A stretch of 63,856 nucleotides of DNA, counting the filler, from Octopus bimaculoides (lineage: Eukaryota), in the NCBI RefSeq assembly GCF_001194135.2. It is 7 parts of 7 records of this genome, joined end to end, with 100 filler letters (N's around TTAATTAATTAA, not from the genome) between each part and the next. Parts side by side here need not be neighbours in the genome. Positions count along the whole stretch, not along the records: positions 1 to 11,659 come from NC_068986.1; positions 11,760 to 33,439 come from NC_068992.1; 5 more parts are not named here. The stretch is one strand, 5' to 3'. Under the pieces are notes generated by a model. It did no database searches, was not told the DNA's origin, and saw nothing but the letters and a program-made list of their open reading frames with translations. Shown one piece after another: positions 1-13,177 of the stretch (the stretch's first letter is position 1; every line of letters starts with the position of its first letter). A program made the translations under genes and the position numbers.

Positions 1-662
1 AGTCATTAAAACTTAGTGTTTTGAAATTATCTTTCCTTCCCTTGTTAGTAATTGAAATTGCTACTAGGATTCTGCTTTCGTTTTGCTATTGAAAGGAGAT
101 AATTTATTCAATTAAAAAAAGAAACTCACCATTCTCGGTACTAAGTTCAGATAATTAAAACAGAAATAAGCATGTAATGAATATCCTACTACAACCTGTA
201 ATTTCGCTCAGTAACTTACCAGGACCGAAAGAATATAAGAAGAAATGCTATAAGAACAAAGCGTACTTTCTTATGTGCCTTTATTTAAGAGATTTTATTC
301 AAATATCGGTAACTTTGCTTGTAATTCTTTCGCAGTCAGTAACTTTTAATTGTCGTACTGGGGTCGTTTCAATATATTGAATACTATTCCAGTTTGAAAA
401 ATCAATATATGCTAGTTGTTGCGATAAAAACATCGAAGTTTGAATAAAACCCAACATTGCTTATTCATTCATGCCAAGTTAGCTTACTTTTTTGTGCTTT
501 AGCATCTAACTAAGCTTAACTGATTTTATATACTCACAATTCAGTAAATAAACAATCTCCCTATTTTATTACGCTTCCGAGATTTCTTTTCCTCTTCGCC
601 TGTTTTATTCACTACAAATTCTGATAAATACTTTTATTTTGATTTTGATGTTGTTAGATTCG

Positions 663-714
663 AATAGCTTATGGTAGGACAACATACAAATAGCTTATGG
701 TAGGAAAACACACA
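663..714 (+). repeat. 26-bp tandem duplication
   Basis: aatagcttatggtaggacaacataca / aatagcttatggtaggaaaacacaca. Confidence 0.8.
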
Positions 715-1424
715 AATTATTTTCAAATATTGGCACAAGGCCAGCAAGATCGAGAAAGGGGGTGAATCGATTATATCGATTCCAGTGCCCAACTCGTACT
801 TATTTTATCGACCTCGAAATTATAAAAGGCAAGTTCAAACTGCAGCGGGGTAAGATTAGCTAATTATCACTTGAGTACAGGGTGTTACTGATTAGCTACC
901 TCAACAAAAATCCCAGGCCTTGCTTCTTATTCCCCACTTCAAGTCCCAACATGACTAGTATTTACATTTCAATATCCTTAGTTCAATCAGATAAGCAAAC
1001 ATTAAAAACTGGATTGCTTTAAAGCTACAACTCACCTAACTTCAAAATATATGGCCGAATGCCAAAAGTAGAAAGTATTAATAGTATTAATCATTTCAAT
1101 ATTTCACTTTCGCTGAAATATGGTATAAAACATTACAACAAAAATAAAGAGGCAGTCAGAAACATACGTCTGTTTTAGAAAGTTTTTCTTTTAAGGCATT
1201 TTGGCAAGTAACAATATAACAACATTTTTAATAAAAGTTCATCGGAAGGCGCTGCTATTATTCACTATTGACGAACAGTAAATGCTTTCTTAATTCACTG
1301 ACGTTTACTATTAATTAAAGCAAGGAAAGTAAACCACTTTTAGTTGTGTTCCATTCTATTCTCACACCCTATTAGATTGACTGTTACTTCTCATATCTAT
1401 CTAAATATATTTATATCAAACATC

Positions 1425-1462
<38 letters not shown>

Positions 1463-2240
1463 NNNNNNNNNNNNNNNNNNNNNNNNNNNNNNNNNNNNNN
1501 NNNNNNNNNNNNNNNNNNNNNNNNNNNNNNNNNNNNNNNNNNNNNNNNNNNNNNNNNNNNNNNNNNNNNNNNNNNNNNNNNNNNNNNNNNNNNNNNNNNN
1601 NNNNNNNNNNNNNNNNNNNNNNNNNNNNNNNNNNNNNNNNNNNNNNNNNNNNNNNNNNNNNNNNNNNNNNNNNNNNNNNNNNNNNNNNNNNNNNNNNNNN
1701 NNNNNNNNNNNNNNNNNNNNNNNNNNNNNNNNNNNNNNNNNNNNNNNNNNNNNNNNNNNNNNNNNNNNNNNNNNNNNNNNNNNNNNNNNNNNNNNNNNNN
1801 NNNNNNNNNNNNNNNNNNNNNNNNNNNNNNNNNNNNNNNNNNNNNNNNNNNNNNNNNNNNNNNNNNNNNNNNNNNNNNNNNNNNNNNNNNNNNNNNNNNN
1901 NNNNNNNNNNNNNNNNNNNNNNNNNNNNNNNNNNNNNNNNNNNNNNNNNNNNNNNNNNNNNNNNNNNNNNNNNNNNNNNNNNNNNNNNNNNNNNNNNNNN
2001 NNNNNNNNNNNNNNNNNNNNNNNNNNNNNNNNNNNNNNNNNNNNNNNNNNNNNNNNNNNNNNNNNNNNNNNNNNNNNNNNNNNNNNNNNNNNNNNNNNNN
2101 NNNNNNNNNNNNNNNNNNNNNNNNNNNNNNNNNNNNNNNNNNNNNNNNNNNNNNNNNNNNNNNNNNNNNNNNNNNNNNNNNNNNNNNNNNNNNNNNNNNN
2201 NNNNNNATATATATACATATATGCAATGCGTGAGTGTGTG

Positions 2241-2275
<35 letters not shown>

Positions 2276-3370
2276 ACGCACATATATATAAATGCATAAA
2301 TTAAGAACTTTTGTGTGTACACATATAGAAAGCTCGTGCCCTCCCGCCCCGTTTGTAGCTTTACGTCCCCATTCCCGCTTCCACTTCCCATCCACGTGTC
2401 TTTTTCCTCTATCTCATTCCATCACTCTCTGACCTTTCACAAAGGTGACTACAATTCATAAAACACTTAAAATGATATTGAAAGAAAGCTACCAACTTAA
2501 CAATGGCTAGCCAATTTTAAGCTGGTACAATTCTCTATTGTTCATTGCCTTAATTCTAGTAAGTTTTCTTTGAATTACAACGAAATTGGTAAGTGGTTTC
2601 CGATACATAATCACGATCGCCCCTTGCAAATGTCTTCGTATTTCTCTTTGTGGTTCGCTTTCTTCCAACCTATCTCTCGCTCTTAACTCTTTGTCTATTT
2701 TTCTTTCTGTCTATTTAACTCTCTATTTCACCACTTCTCTCTCTGATATTCTCATTATCTCGGTGTTGCCTTCGTTTAATCATTTGGTTTATATTGCTCT
2801 GTATAAGTTTCTCTCACTCCCTCTCTTTCTCTGTCTCTTACTCTTTATCTCTTCCTCTCTTTCTGATTGTTTTTTTTTTTTAGATTTCTATACTCATTGT
2901 CTTTTATATCTGAAAGTTCCATCTACACTCTCTACTTGTCAATTGGTGTCTCTCTCTTTTTCGCTTTCAGTCTCTCAATCTTTCACTTTCATCCTACCTT
3001 TTTCTCTAAATAAAGTCACATAGATTAAATTGATACAGTTATATCAACAAAATTTATCAAACTAATTATATGTATATACGTGTATGTGTGCTTAACAATA
3101 TGTGTGCTTAACAATATGTGTGCATGTGTGCGTGTGCGTATGGAAAGAGAGGCAGAGATAGAGACAAGCCACTGCGAAAACGACAGTACATGTGCGTGTG
3201 TCTGTGCGTGTGTACGTGCATGTATGTGGTCACTAGTGTTATAGGTGCGGGTGCCTGTCCGGCGAGGCTATAGCAATATAAATATGTGTCTGTTCACCTG
3301 TATTCTGAATGCGTTGTGTTCTTTGTGGTTCAGCTAAACAACTTCATAACCAAAAATGGAAATGCCTCCT

Positions 3371-3401
<31 letters not shown>

Positions 3402-3472
3402 ACACACATACACACACACGCACGCACACGCACACCCACACACCCACACNNNNNNNNNNACACACACACACA

Positions 3473-3520
<48 letters not shown>

Positions 3521-3687
3521 CAAATGTATGGAATATAGTATGAGAAATATAAAGCTAATAAAATACAGGCTCGGACGACATTACTCAGTTCAAAACACAC
3601 CGGGGTCAGTTTGTACCACACATGATCGAGGATAGAGAAAATACCAACAATAATGGTTTCAAATTTTTCTATATGTATATATATATA

Positions 3688-3919
3688 TAGGGTTGGCCAA
3701 AATTCACCCGACAGTAAATCAAAATGCCACAAATATTAGCTGTAATTCTGTAGTGACTCGAATGGGAAAAAACGTGTCGCTCAACAATGACTTCAGTTTG
3801 AGCAATTTTCATGATGTTCCATATTTACATGCTTTTATTAAATTCATTGTTGTTAAACATAAATAAATCTTGGAATTAAATGGTTTTGATTTATTGTCAG
3901 GTGATTTTGGCCAACTCTG
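3688..3919. mobile_element. Tc1/mariner-type MITE
   Basis: About 38-bp TIR AGGGTTGGCCAAAATTCACCCGACAGTAAATCAAAA / TTTTGATTTATTGTCAGGTGATTTTGGCCAACTCTG, TA flanks. Confidence 0.8.
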
Positions 3920-3925
3920 TATGTA

Positions 3926-4158
3926 CAGGGTAGCTTAAAAGTACGTTTACAGTTATCACGTAGGCACTTTGAATGTCTTTTAAACCCTTTTATTACATTA
4001 AATTTCTATCTTACAAACTAGAAAGGGAGCTTGAGAAAATTAACTAAATTAGCATAGAATAATGGTTTCATATTTTTTATAATTAAGATCTAAACTGTAA
4101 ATATATGAATGCGAAAGAGATAGTTAAACAATTGTAAACCTACTTTTGGGCTACCCTG
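3926..4158. mobile_element. Second Tc1/mariner-type MITE
   Basis: 28-bp TIR CAGGGTAGCTTAAAAGTACGTTTACAGT vs reverse complement CAGGGTAGCCCAAAAGTAGGTTTACAAT; TA on the left, CA on the right. Confidence 0.8.
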
Positions 4159-5775
4159 CATAATTGAGAGGGAGGACAACAGAATGTTCTGTAAGCTTTA
4201 TTCAGGACGACAAGTCGTTTGGCTTATACAACTCCATAATGAGTGGGGAACGATAAAACAGAATCGAATGTACGACACTGGTTTCCTCCGCTCTATCGAG
4301 CACATTCCATTCCATTATATCGTTTCCCAACCCACTTTGATCAGCACAGATTCAAACCGAAACGATCGTCATACTAAAGAAAGCTAACAGAACACACTGT
4401 CTCCCCAATCAATTATTTACAATATGCTAAGCATGCACTGAGGAATTCCTCACGGGAATCCTGCAACTAGAGTGCAGTACAGCGGATGACGCTTGGTAGT
4501 CCTTGGTGGTGAACGTATTCTCAAGGTACACTACGAGGGACATACGCAAAACAATGTTTGGATACTATATATTAAAGTCTCCTATCTAAACTTTATGAAC
4601 GTGTACACACACACACACATATATGTATATATATACACATACATTGTGTGAGAATGGGGTGACGAGGGATGGGTGACGATGAAGAGAGAGGGGGAAGGGA
4701 GAAGGTGGGTAGGAACAAAGAGAAGAGAGAAGGGAGTAGCAGTGAAGAGAAGAAGTAGTAGTCGGAGCAAGAGAGGAGAGGTGGGTGTGGGGAAGTATAC
4801 TAACACCATGTATACACACACACACATACACACACACACAACACACACATTCATAATGAATTACAGCTGGTTTATCAAAAGGAAACTAACAGAAACCCAT
4901 CGTATATGTGTGTGTGTGGCCATCACCGCTTCGCAACCGGTGATCGTTTGTTCATGTCTCTGTATCTTACATAACATAACGACCCCGCAAAACAAAAGCA
5001 TAATATGATTACCATGCTTTCAAACGTAAGTACTGGAGTCGATTCCTTAAACTAAAACTCTTGACGGTCGTGCCAATCTCCTCGTCTCAGTGCAATAACT
5101 GAAGCGAGTAAAAAATAAACGGTTCAATTCTGAGTGAAAGCTCCGAAAATCTCTTGTTTTTTCGATCCTCTTTCAGGACGAAAGAAGAAATTAGTAGTGT
5201 ATATAACGAAAATCTATCTAAGGGTTAATTTCTATTCATTAAAATTAAACACAACAGTGTCTAAAATGTTTATACTTTGGCTTTTCGTTTCACATTTCGG
5301 TGAGCAGTTCAAGAAATTTCTGTTAATGTTTCAATCAAGAGTTCTGCATAAATAGCTCTAATTAAAACAAAGTCATATTTATTTTAGTTTATTTTACTTT
5401 ATTTGTTTATTTATTTATATATGTGTATATTCTTGTGTGAGAAATAGTTTGAAAGAGAAAGAAAATCTCTTGCTGATGTGGCTGTTAGAAATCATAAGGA
5501 TATTGTTTCTGAGAATGGTAGAATATACTGTGGAATCTAGAGCTACAGAAGAGAAAAAATAAGAATAGGAATGAGAAAGTCGAGGAAACGAAGGAAGAGG
5601 TGGAGGTGCAGTGGGAGAGCAGAAGGAGGAGAAGGAAGAAAAACCACAAATAATATAGTTTCTCAGAAGAAAGGGTGGGGGTTCTCTGTGGAGGAAAAGG
5701 AATTCAGCACGTCGACAGGTATGAAGTTAGTATGAAATACCAAGATCTTCTGAAAACAGGCACCATGTGGACACT

Positions 5776-5790
5776 GGTTGAGAACCACTG
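5776..5790. mobile_element. Isolated hAT/Charlie-like terminal repeat remnant
   Basis: GGTTGAGAACCACTG is the reverse complement of CAGTGGTTCTCAACC; no partner end found. Confidence 0.3.
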
Positions 5791-6487
5791 GTCTATGCCT
5801 ATCTTTTATACATCTGCCTATACCACTAAATACATGCCTACCCAAACACTTACGTACCCAAGTGTGTATATTGCAAGGGTAGTTACAGTCGCATTTTAGT
5901 TCTACTTATGCCTCACTTATGAGAACAGACACGCATATCTTTCGGTTCAGCATGCAACCATATTGATCTTTGACATGGTGGTAGAGTATATACACCTGTT
6001 TCTTGTCATTATACTCCTGCCTATGTTTTCATGTTGTCTCTCCGCTAGGCTTCCAGATGTTTTTGCAATATATGTTGTATTCCGGTTCTTACAATCCCCA
6101 TTCCGTGGTCTTACAGTGAATACTGGGATTAAAGGCGCATACAGTGCAGTTCCTATCAGTATAGGGTATGTTTTTCATAACTGTGTGGGGTCCTTAGCGT
6201 TACATATACATTCACACGAACTCACAGAACATACACACTCGACTGCACAAACATACGCACCCGTACACACACATGCACGCAGATACTCTCATAACAACCC
6301 TGTTCCCTACTCCACCTGCCACACACATACATTTCTACAGGATGACAAACAAATCCCAGGAGATCTGAGACCGAACTGACCTTCAACAAAAGACCGAACC
6401 AAAAAAGATCCTGGGCGTCTAAAGCACACGCACTCACACATACACACCTCACTTATTCCCAGACTACACTTTTGTATTATTATTATT

Positions 6488-6640
6488 CGGGTCACTGACT
6501 GGAATCGAACTCAGAATCTTGGGGTTGGTAGCCCGCACTCTGAACCACTACGCCATATGCCCGTGGGTAATTATGGAGTGAATTTTAGGGCTTATAAATC
6601 TAATATTTTCCTATCCTTTTTGTAAGCAAACAACTGCATA
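6488..6640 (-). mobile_element. tRNA-derived head of the same family as 36320-36390
   Basis: Reverse complement reads gggcatatggcgtagtggttcagagtgcgggctaccaaccccaagattctgagttcgattccagtcagtgacccgaataataat. Confidence 0.8.
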
Positions 6641-6824
6641 CACACGCACAGTATGACCCCTTTCGGTCATGAATGACTGGTATTGCACCTAGAAAGTTAC
6701 CCTCCGAGGCTGAGTAAACTAGAACAACGTGAGATAAAGTATCATTCTCAAGAACACAAGACGCTGCCCGGTCCGGGAATCGAACTCACAATCTCAGGAT
6801 CGTAAACTCGACGCAAATGTATAA

Positions 6825-7230
6825 GCAGGAGTGGATGTGTGGTAAGTAGCTTGCTTACCATCCACATGGTTCCGGGTTCAGTCCCAGTGCGTGGCATCTG
6901 GAGCAAGTATCTTCTACTATAGCCTCCGGCCGACCAAGGCCTTGTGAGTGGATTTGGTAGACGGAAACTGAAAGAAGCCCGTCGTATATATGTATATGTA
7001 TGTGTGTGTGTGTGTGTGTGTGTTTGTGTGTCTGTGTTGTCNNNNNNNNNNGTGTGTCTGTGTTGTCCCCCCCCCCAAACATCGCTTGTTGGGGGACAAT
7101 GCTGGTGTGTTTACGTCACCGTAACTTAGCAGTTCGGCAAAAGAGACCGATAGACTAAGAACTAGGCTCGACTAAAGGCGGTGCTGCACCATGGCCGCAG
7201 TGAAATGACTGAAACAAGTAAAAGAGTAAT
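6825..7230 (+). mobile_element. tRNA-derived SINE family B, near full length, with internal (TG)n
   Basis: gcaggagtggatgtgtggtaag...ggttccgggttcagtccc...gacggaaactgaaagaagccc...atgactgaaacaagtaaaaga. Confidence 0.85.
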
Positions 7231-8042
7231 ACCCGAATAGATACGGCTTTACTGTAAATATATAGTGAATAAATGGGTTTGTGTATTGAAGGTGTATAAT
7301 ATTACATGGTTGATTCTATGAACTAATGGATACTAAGTTTATACGTATTACTTGAGCAAGTGTGAGTTTCGTATAACCTGCTTTTATTACTGATAACGGA
7401 GAAAATTAATGTTTAGTTTTAATTAGGGTCTATTTTAACATAATATTTGTAACAAATTCATTGATATTGAATATAATTAAGATGTAAACTTTAGCGTGTT
7501 TTTTATTTTTTTTAATGTAAATGCATATATTTGTAATTCAATAAATATTGAATTTAAATATTTGTAAAAATGTAACAAAAAATTATATGAGTAACTCTGT
7601 GTATTCAATACATTTCAAAACATTCATTAGGAGAAATGTTTGTAAAATATGAATAAATAAAATACGATCGGGAAGAGGTAAACAATTTTTTCTTTTATTT
7701 CTACGTGTATTTTTAGGACTTATGAATGCATCTGAAATACGCCTGCAATTAATATTTCGGCTGAAAGTTCATATAGTTTAGAAAACCCAAATGAAAAAGC
7801 TTTTGAATAGAAGTAGCTATATTATTGAATGGAAAAGGTTTCTATTTTAGATTTGAAAGAAATGTCTTATGTATTAAATAAATAATTGTGTGTGAAGAAA
7901 TACAATAAAAAGAAGAGGAAATTATATGTTAAAGAGTTAAGTGAAATGATTAGCTTTAACAAATTAGATGTGTTTCAAGAGGTGTGTATGGAATTAGCTC
8001 TCTCTTGTTCTCTATATATAAATGTGTGCATATATATATATA

Positions 8043-8093
<51 letters not shown>

Positions 8094-9615
8094 NNNNNNN
8101 NNNNNNNNNNNNNNNNNNNNNNNNNNNNNNNNNNNNNNNNNNNNNNNNNNNNNNNNNNNNNNNNNNNNNNNNNNNNNNNNNNNNNNNNNNNNNNNNNNNN
8201 NNNNNNNNNNNNNNNNNNNNNNNNNNNNNNNNNNNNNNNNNNNNNNNNNNNNNNNNNNNNNNNNNNNNNNNNNNNNNNNNNNNNNNNNNNNNNNNNNNNN
8301 NNNNNNNNNNNNNNNNNNNNNNNNNNNNNNNNNNNNNNNNNNNNNNNNNNNNNNNNNNNNNNNNNNNNNNNNNNNNNNNNNNNNNNNNNNNNNNNNNNNN
8401 NNNNNNNNNNNNNNNNNNNNNNNNNNNNNNNNNNNNNNNNNNNNNNNNNNNNNNNNNNNNNNNNNNNNNNNNNNNNNNNNNNNNNNNNNNNNNNNNNNNN
8501 NNNNNNNNNNNNNNNNNNNNNNNNNNNNNNNNNNNNNNNNNNNNNNNNNNNNNNNNNNNNNNNNNNNNNNNNNNNNNNNNNNNNNNNNNNNNNNNNNNNN
8601 NNNNNNNNNNNNNNNNNNNNNNNNNNNNNNNNNNNNNNNNNNNNNNNNNNNNNNNNNNNNNNNNNNNNNNNNNNNNNNNNNNNNNNNNNNNNNNNNNNNN
8701 NNNNNNNNNNNNNNNNNNNNNNNNNNNNNNNNNNNNNNNNNNNNNNNNNNNNNNNNNNNNNNNNNNNNNNNNNNNNNATATGTGTGTGTGTATGTATATA
8801 TGAGTCTGTGTGCGTGTGTGTTTGCGCGTGTGTGTGTATGTGTATGTGCCTTTGTGTGTTTGTGCCTTTGTGTGTGTGCGTGTGTTTCTGTGTTTGTCTG
8901 GTGTGTCTGCATCTCCGTAACTTATTAGTTCGGCAAAAGAGATCGATAGAATAAGTACTAGGCTTACAGAGAATAATTCACGGAGTCGCTTTCTTCAACT
9001 AAAACCCTTTAAGGTGGTGCTCAAGCATGGCCGCAGTCAAATGACTGAAACGAGTAAACGAATAGAAATACATATATACACGCGCACGCGTGACACGTTT
9101 CCACGCAGTTTCCGTCAAGCAAGTTCATTCACGAGGCACCAGTTGTCTAGGGTTATAATAGAAAGACATTTGCCCAAGTCACCGAAATCATGCGGTTTTA
9201 AACCGGCCATTTTTAGTCAAACTGTCTGCGCCTCGAATTTCTTGATACTAATAAGTTTATTAAGTGTCAAAATACTTATTAATCAATCATATAATGCAAA
9301 TCAATCGATAAACAACAATCCATTACAATTATATTTATTTTCGTTTACTTTAGCCCAAAATGACTGTATCTGTTTATGACGTTTTCCTAATCGGTGATGG
9401 CACATTTCTCACTGCAACACAATGTGACATCTTTAATTTCAATTTAATACAGATATAATGCAATGTCAATAAATTCAAAATACAGAAAGAATGTGTTTAT
9501 TTAACACTCGATATTCGAAGATGACAAGGAAGATGACCGTGGTGTCGGAGAAAGATTATCTAAATCAAAATGGAAGAGAAGCGTACGCTATTTGACACGC
9601 ACACACACACACATG

Positions 9616-9646
<31 letters not shown>

Positions 9647-9747
9647 ATACTCACAAACACACTCACACACTCGCATGCAATTATACACGGACATAAATGT
9701 GTTTTCCCACTTTCATACTACTGTTGAACGGCGAAGGCCTACCGAAT

Positions 9748-9847
<100 letters not shown>

Positions 9848-10789
9848 NNNNNNNNNNNNNNNNNNNNNNNNNNNNNNNNNNNNNNNNNNNNNNNNNNNNN
9901 NNNNNNNNNNNNNNNNNNNNNNNNNNNNNNNNNNNNNNNNNNNNNNNNNNNNNNNNNNNNNNNNNNNNNNNNNNNNNNNNNNNNNNNNNNNNNNNNNNNN
10001 NNNNNNNNNNNNNNNNNNNNNNNNNNNNNNNNNNNNNNNNNNNNNNNNNNNNNNNNNNNNNNNNNNNNNNNNNNNNNNNNNNNNNNNNNNNNNNNNNNNN
10101 NNNNNNNNNNNNNNNNNNNNNNNNNNNNNNNNNNNNNNNNNNNNNNNNNNNNNNNNNNNNNNNNNNNNNNNNNNNNNNNNNNNNNNNNNNNNNNNNNNNN
10201 NNNNNNNNNNNNNNNNNNNNNNNNNNNNNNNNNNNNNNNNNNNNNNNNNNNNNNNNNNNNNNNNNNNNNNNNNNNNNNNNNNNNNNNNNNNNNNNNNNNN
10301 NNNNNNNNNNNNNNNNNNNNNNNNNNNNNNNNNNNNNNNNNNNNNNNNNNNNNNNNNNNNNNNNNNNNNNNNNNNNNNNNNNNNNNNNNNNNNNNNNNNN
10401 NNNNNNNNNNNNNNNNNNNNNNNNNNNNNNNNNNNNNNNNNNNNNNNNNNNNNNNNNNNNNNNNNNNNNNNNNNNNNNNNNNNNNNNNNNNNNNNNNNNN
10501 NNNNNNNNNNNNNAAAGAATAAGTAGAGATTGCTTTTTGAGGGGATAATTTTTATTTTATTAAGATTAAAATAAGAATTATCACCTCAAAAAGCCATCTC
10601 ATCTCATTCTTTCACATATATATGTGTGTGTGTGTGTGTTTGTGTGCGTGTGTATTGTTCTTAGTTATTGTATGAATATTTTTATAGCCCGTTGTATACC
10701 ATTTTCTATTAGTAGAGGCGGGTAATTTTTGTTTGAAAAAAATCTCTTACTTTTTTCCTGATATGTCTACTATGGTACAAATTCTTCTG

Positions 10790-10985
10790 GCTAGGCAGCA
10801 TGGGATGTTACGTTTTGGATGTGGTAAATTGGCACAACTTGATGCGTGTCCGTGTGTTTGTTGTATATATCTGCTGTAATGGTGGTGTCCTTTTTAATGA
10901 CCCTTATATCTAGGAATGGTAATTTGATACTACTCATCTTCAATGTAAATTGGATACATGGGCCTATGTTGTTCAGTGGAATATT
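10790..10985 (-). mobile_element. Penelope-like RT C-terminal fragment
   Basis: PCIQFTLKMSSIKLPFLDIRVIKKDTTITADIYNKHTDTHQ resembles the PLE motif IQFT.E....LPFLD.......TDIY.K.T.T.QY. Confidence 0.75.
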
Positions 10986-11334
10986 GTGTATGTATGTATG
11001 TATGTATGTGTGCATGTATGTAAGAATGAATTTAAGTATGTATGTATGATTATTTGTAGGATTTAGCTGAATGAACATATTTTAAAAAGGACACCAAATG
11101 AGGCTCGAGATTAGCTTATACGTGTATATACCGCATACGCTCACCCACGCTTATATCCATAGATGTATGGGCATATCCCAGTATTTATCTATAAATGCAC
11201 ATGAACAAATTAATATACATATTGATATAAGTATACATGCAGTTTCACAATGCACTGTGAGTGCCAGATCTAACAGACGGTTCCATGTGTGCGACTTGCT
11301 CCTTCTGGGGTGGGTCATGATTCACTTCAGTTTT

Positions 11335-11625
11335 TTCAGGCAGCGGATTCGCGGTCGGAGGATCGCAGTTTCGATTCCCAGACCGGGCGCTGTGTGTGTT
11401 TATTGAGCGAAGACACCTAAAGCACCACGAGGCTCCAGCAGGGGAGGTGGGTGGTGACCCCTGTTGTACTCTTTCGCCCTAACTTTCTTTCACTCTTTCT
11501 TCCTGTTTCTTGAGTAAAGCTGCGATGGACTGGCGTCCCGTCCAGCTGGTGGGGGAACACATATGCCATAGAAACCGGGAAACTGAGCCCATGAAGACTG
11601 ACTAGGCTTTGAAAGGGCGCATAAA
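11335..11625 (+). mobile_element. SINE family C copy with a different 3' tail
   Basis: gtttcgattcccagaccgggc...ttgagcgaagacacctaaagcaccacgagg matches 34350-34420. Confidence 0.75.
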
Positions 11626-11659
11626 TAATAAAAGAAGGATATTTATAGTCAGATACATA

Positions 11660-11759
11660 NNNNNNNNNNNNNNNNNNNNNNNNNNNNNNNNNNNNNNNNN
11701 NNNTTAATTAATTAANNNNNNNNNNNNNNNNNNNNNNNNNNNNNNNNNNNNNNNNNNNN
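11660..11759. other. Artificial 100-bp gap spacer N44-TTAATTAATTAA-N44
   Basis: Identical layout at 33440, 47757, 52619, 59912 and 61929; the 12-mer gives stops in all six frames. Confidence 0.95.
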
Positions 11760-11839
11760 GAAGAAGAAGAAGAAGAAGAAGAAGAAGAAGAAGAAGAAGA
11801 AGAAGAAGAAGAAGAAGAAGAAGAAGAAGAAGAAGAAGA
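11760..11839 (+). repeat. (GAA)n microsatellite
   Basis: Read directly. Confidence 0.95.
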
Positions 11840-12660
11840 TGGGAGTGGTATGACAGTAGTAGACTGTTGGTAGAATCTTCTTAGAATCTTCTCAATGGTC
11901 AAGTGACCTAAAAGTGACCTATTTTGGTTATAGCAGTAGTGATTGGAATTGTTCTGAATAAATTCATGGGTAGTGACTGTTCTGAATATATCGTTTTTAA
12001 TATTTGCGTGGGTATTATTCTAAGGCCCTTGTTATAGAGTCATTTGTGGTGGACGTATTCAAAGGGGTTTATATTTTGTGATAAATTTACTCTTTGCTAA
12101 TGCGCTGATTATAGGTTGTATCGCCCCTGAATTTATAGAGGGAAAAATTCTGAAGTTGGGTTGTTCGTTAGTGGCGCAAATGTCGATGTGTTCGCTAAAT
12201 GCTATTTTTCTGTATTCCCGAATTTTAATCTGGGATCTATTTAAGGTTATCCTCTGGCGTAGACTGTTTTTGGTTTTGGACACCCTGAGCTAGTTAACAC
12301 ATATATTAGGTTTTTCGAAGCACATGTGAAGTTGTTTTTCACTGTAAAACGTTGACCTTGTTTGAAGGAGAACTCCAATCCCTCTATTAGGTTGACACAT
12401 ATACCACAGTTAGTTCTTCCGCATTTTTACCGACGGTTTTAATGCTGTTGACGAGTACTTGGGCTTGTGTTTGAAGACTTTTCATTGACTTGGGTTGTCT
12501 TTTGCTCTTTATGGTGGTGGTGTGTGTTTAGAAGATTAGATTCATTCCCTGGTCCCCTTCTTTAGTAGAGGAATGTTCTGGAGGATGATGTCGAAGGCTT
12601 CATTGTTAAGAAGGTTGTGTGTGGAGGTATAGAGATGACCCGGAAGTTGTTCCTCTTCGA
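11840..12660 (-). mobile_element. Penelope-like element fragment (Cys-rich linker + GIY-YIG region + 3' UTR), degraded
   Basis: Minus-strand translation CGRTNCGICVNLIEG.EFSFKQGQRFTVKNNFTCASKNLIY and RQRITLNRSQIKIREYRKIAFSEHIDIC...FITKYKPL. Confidence 0.75.
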
Positions 12661-13128
12661 TTACTATCGCAAACAGCAGTAGCTTTCTTCAACTGAATAC
12701 ACGCCGATGATTGGCCCAAATTACCCAAAATAAACTCTAATACGAAATAACTTCTAAAATACGAAATTTTGTCAAAAATGCTCGAAGTAAACCGTGTTCT
12801 GGGTGAGAAATTCCACCAGTATACGAAGTTTGAAACTGTTTAGTTAAAAAAAATTAATTAAAAATATCTGTGCGCGAAACTGAACAGATCCGAAAATTAT
12901 TTTAGCATTTTCTACCTTGTCTTATTTTTCTTATACGTATCAACTCGTGTGTTATTTTTCAACCTTCTAGATTATATATTTTCATATACACATATTTATA
13001 TACACAGCTGAAAACAGTGAAGGAGAACCGTGTTTGTACACACACTCACGCACACACACATACACGCACGCAAATACACACACACACTTGCAAATACACA
13101 CAGAGAACAACCCAATCTCTTTCTCTCT

Positions 13129-13177
<49 letters not shown>

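Noticed and set aside
1344-2395. Long ORFs spanning N runs (here and at every gap)
   Set aside because: Open only because Ns translate as X; the flanks are microsatellites.
5666-5899. Short ORF or possible exon
   Set aside because: No recognisable product, and it contains a hAT-like terminal repeat, suggesting transposon debris.
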